DNA from: Verrucomicrobiota bacterium
GTDB lineage: Bacteria > Verrucomicrobiota > Verrucomicrobiia > Limisphaerales > UBA8199
Direction of reading: 5' to 3'
DNA: 64,000 nucleotides
Assembly: GCA_039806935.1 (NCBI GenBank)
Contig: JBDHQH010000002.1
Coordinates: forward strand, 33,872-97,871
Position 1 is the first letter of the stretch; each line of letters starts with the position of its first letter. The position numbers were made by a program, and so were the translations under genes. Below, one piece after another: positions 61,933 to 64,000 of this stretch. The notes beneath the pieces are model-generated. The model made no database searches, was not told the DNA's origin, and saw nothing but the letters and a program-made list of their open reading frames with translations.

Positions 61933-64000
61933 ATGTCGATTGTGGTTGTTTTTGGCAGGGTGAGACGCACGGCTCATCTGGTTTTGATAGCGGCTTTCCT
62001 CAGCGCAAGTCTCAGCGGCTACGCGGGGACGAGCGTAATACTATCCTGGGGTGCGAGTCCGTCTCCAGGGGTCAGCGGGTATAAGCTCTATCAAGGCGGG
62101 GCGAGCCGGCATTACGGCACTGTGGTGGATGTGGGGCAGACCATGCGCCAAGGGGTCAGCGGCCTGGTTTCCGACGCGGTTTATTATTTCGCAGTGAGCG
62201 CTTACGACACCAACGGCTTGGAAAGCGTCCTTTCCTCCGAGTTGGTGTTCACCAACAGCCCGAATAATCCTCCGGTTATTTCCACGCTCCTCGACGTCGT
62301 CACCACTCCCGGCGCGCCGGCGGGCCCGCTTCTGTTCACCATCGGGGATGCGGAAACCGCCGCCTCCAACCTGACGGTTTACGCGGAAAGCTCGGATCCG
62401 GTTCTGATGCCCACCAATCAAATCGTGTTCGGCGGTTCGGAATCGGACCGGACCGTGACGTTGACGCCCGTCACCGACCGGACTGGAGTTGCTCAAATCA
62501 CGATATCGGTATCGGACGGCGTGGATGCCTCGAGCACGGCCTTTTACCTCGTGGTGCAACCTACGGGTGGCCGCCCGGGTGGAGATACCAATCAACCGGC
62601 GGTGACGATGCAGCCGAAGGGATCCGGTAAAATTCAAACCTCCGCCGTGCGGCCGATGGTGGCGGGGCGCAAGTACACCGCTACCGCTGTGCCGGATCCC
62701 GGCCACGTTTTCGGCGGCTGGACGGGAGATCTCTCGGCCAGCACGAAACTCATTAACTTCACTGCTACGAAAGGCATGGTGCTCGAGGCCAACTTTTATC
62801 CCGTCACCGTGGCTGTGAATGGTCGGGGACAGATCACGCCGAATCTCGCCAAGGCCAAGGGGCTGGTGGCCGGAAAGCGATATACGATAACCGCAATTCC
62901 AGGGGTGGACCAGGTGTTCAGTGGCTGGAGCGGCTCGTTCGATTCCATGGCGCCCAAGCTGGTTTTTACTTTGGGCACGAACACGGTGCTCCAGGCCAAT
63001 TTTATTCCCAATCCATTCCTGCCCGTGAAGGGCATTTATCAAGGCCTGTTTTTCGAAACGGCGAAATTAGAGCAGACGAGCGCCGGGCTCTATACCATTC
63101 AGGTCACCCGGCGCGGCACCTACTCAGGGGCGCTGTGGATTGGCGCGAACCGCTATCCGCTCAGCGGGAGCCTCGATCTCGACCTCAACGGGCAAAAGCA
63201 AATTGCGCGGCGCGGCGCCTCGGCGCTGCGCCTGGCCTTCCAGATTTCGTCTGGCGGTGGCGCGCCACGGCTTTCGGGAACGCTCAGTGACGGTGATTGG
63301 GTGGCGGCGTTGGCCGGGGAACGGGCGGCGGCCAGCGCGCTGGCTGGCAAATCCATTCCGCAAGGCAAATACACGCTGCGATTCCCCGGAGTTTCCGGCT
63401 CGGAAGTGCTGCCTGGTGGTGATGGCTTGGCCACCGCCAAGGTGGCCGCCTCCGGCACCATCACCATCAGCGCGATCCTGGCTGACGGGACGAAATTCAC
63501 CAAAGCGGCGTGGCTCTCGGAAAGCGGCCTCTGGCCCCTGTACTCCTCGCTTTATCAGGGTGGCGGCTCGGTGCTGAGTTGGCTGAGGTTTGGCGGCGAG
63601 CGGGAGGTGATCTCGGGTGAAGCTAGCTGGATCAAGCCGGCGAAGCCAAAAGAGCAGTATTATCGCGGAGGATTCACCAATCGTCTGGCGATCGCTGGCT
63701 GGCGTTATCAAGCGCCCGGCGTGGCAAAGCCGGTGCTGAATCTGGCTTCCGCCACCATCTCCTTTGAAAATGGCAATCTGGAGTCTTCGTTTGCTAATTT
63801 GATCGCCATTGGGCCCAAAGGCGGAGTTACGAACCTCGGCACGAATGGCCTCTCGCTCGCCTTTACCCGCCCGGACGGAATGTTCACCGGCAAGGTGGTA
63901 CAGCCGGATACCGGCCGACGTTTCACCTTTTACGGAATTGTGTCGCAACCGCTGGATGCCGGCTTTGGTTTCCTGCTGGGCGTCGATCAGACCAGTCGGG
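61933..64000 (+). CDS. Large secreted protein with an FN3 domain and InlB-B-repeat-like modules; runs off the right edge
   Basis: Missing from the track because it is edge-truncated. Signal MSIVVVFGRVRRTAHLVLIAAFLSASLSGYAG. FN3-like ILSWGASPSPGVSGYKLYQG...YYFAVSAYDTNGLES. Two GxG...AxP..G..F.GWxG...ANF modules. The antisense ORFs 62041..63042 and 63124..63948 are shadows. Confidence 0.85.
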   Translation, partial: MSIVVVFGRVRRTAHLVLIAAFLSASLSGYAGTSVILSWGASPSPGVSGYKLYQGGASRHYGTVVDVGQTMRQGVSGLVSDAVYYFAVSAYDTNGLESVLSSELVFTNSPNNPPVISTLLDVVTTPGAPAGPLLFTIGDAETAASNLTVYAESSDPVLMPTNQIVFGGSESDRTVTLTPVTDRTGVAQITISVSDGVDASSTAFYLVVQPTGGRPGGDTNQPAVTMQPKGSGKIQTSAVRPMVAGRKYTATAVPDPGHVFGGWTGDLSASTKLINFTATKGMVLEANFYPVTVAVNGRGQITPNLAKAKGLVAGKRYTITAIPGVDQVFSGWSGSFDSMAPKLVFTLGTNTVLQANFIPNPFLPVKGIYQGLFFETAKLEQTSAGLYTIQVTRRGTYSGALWIGANRYPLSGSLDLDLNGQKQIARRGASALRLAFQISSGGGAPRLSGTLSDGDWVAALAGERAAASALAGKSIPQGKYTLRFPGVSGSEVLPGGDGLATAKVAASGTITISAILADGTKFTKAAWLSESGLWPLYSSLYQGGGSVLSWLRFGGEREVISGEASWIKPAKPKEQYYRGGFTNRLAIAGWRYQAPGVAKPVLNLASATISFENGNLESSFANLIAIGPKGGVTNLGTNGLSLAFTRPDGMFTGKVVQPDTGRRFTFYGIVSQPLDAGFGFLLGVDQTSR

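Noticed and set aside
62041-63948. Two minus ORFs of 333 and 274 aa
   Set aside because: They are antisense to the edge-truncated plus-strand FN3/InlB-B-repeat protein, and their composition is R/G/P-rich.

Overview
This is a high-GC bacterial chromosomal window with dense coding and many long antisense shadow ORFs. No rRNA, tRNA, CRISPR array or mobile element was recognised. The gene content suggests a Planctomycetota/Verrucomicrobiota-type (PVC) organism, but that is inference: sulfatase, Tat-signal Gfo/Idh/MocA and xylose-isomerase-like TIM-barrel enzymes, a short ParE/ParC pair, and secreted proteins ending in an ...FYR module. All family calls come from reading motifs by eye; no homology search was run. 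Main blocks, left to right: (1) a CPA2 antiporter; (2) a tightly coupled 8-gene operon (2084..11639) for a Tat-exported, type-II DMSO-reductase-family Nar/Nxr-like molybdoenzyme. It encodes a dihaem-c/EB_dh-like gamma, an alpha with a C-x3-D-x3-C FS0 motif, a 97-aa ORF, beta, a NarJ/TorD-like chaperone, an HExxH protein, MOSC and MobA; (3) SDR, SodC and AKR genes; (4) a PII-amt-glnA nitrogen block with two sigma54-type promoters; (5) phosphatase, TIM-barrel and sulfatase genes plus a large P-domain protein; (6) zwf and neighbours; (7) an Mla/Pqi-like lipid-transport operon; (8) parE/parC, a cyclophilin, a fucose-isomerase-like gene, a BFN nuclease, holA, a STAS protein and uvrD; (9) the most interesting locus, a six-gene translationally coupled minus-strand operon (46609..53914). 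It has an FtsK/SpoIIIE ATPase with three P-loop-type modules and no TM segment, four tandem helical proteins each with a [W/Y]-x-[G/D] motif (WXG100-like), and a single-pass membrane protein. This is a candidate type VII/WXG100-like secretion module in a probable diderm; (10) kdgK and a WbpA/B/D/E-type diacetamido-uronic-acid glycan locus headed by a NusG/UpxY-like gene; (11) a large FN3/InlB-B-repeat secreted protein that runs off the right edge.
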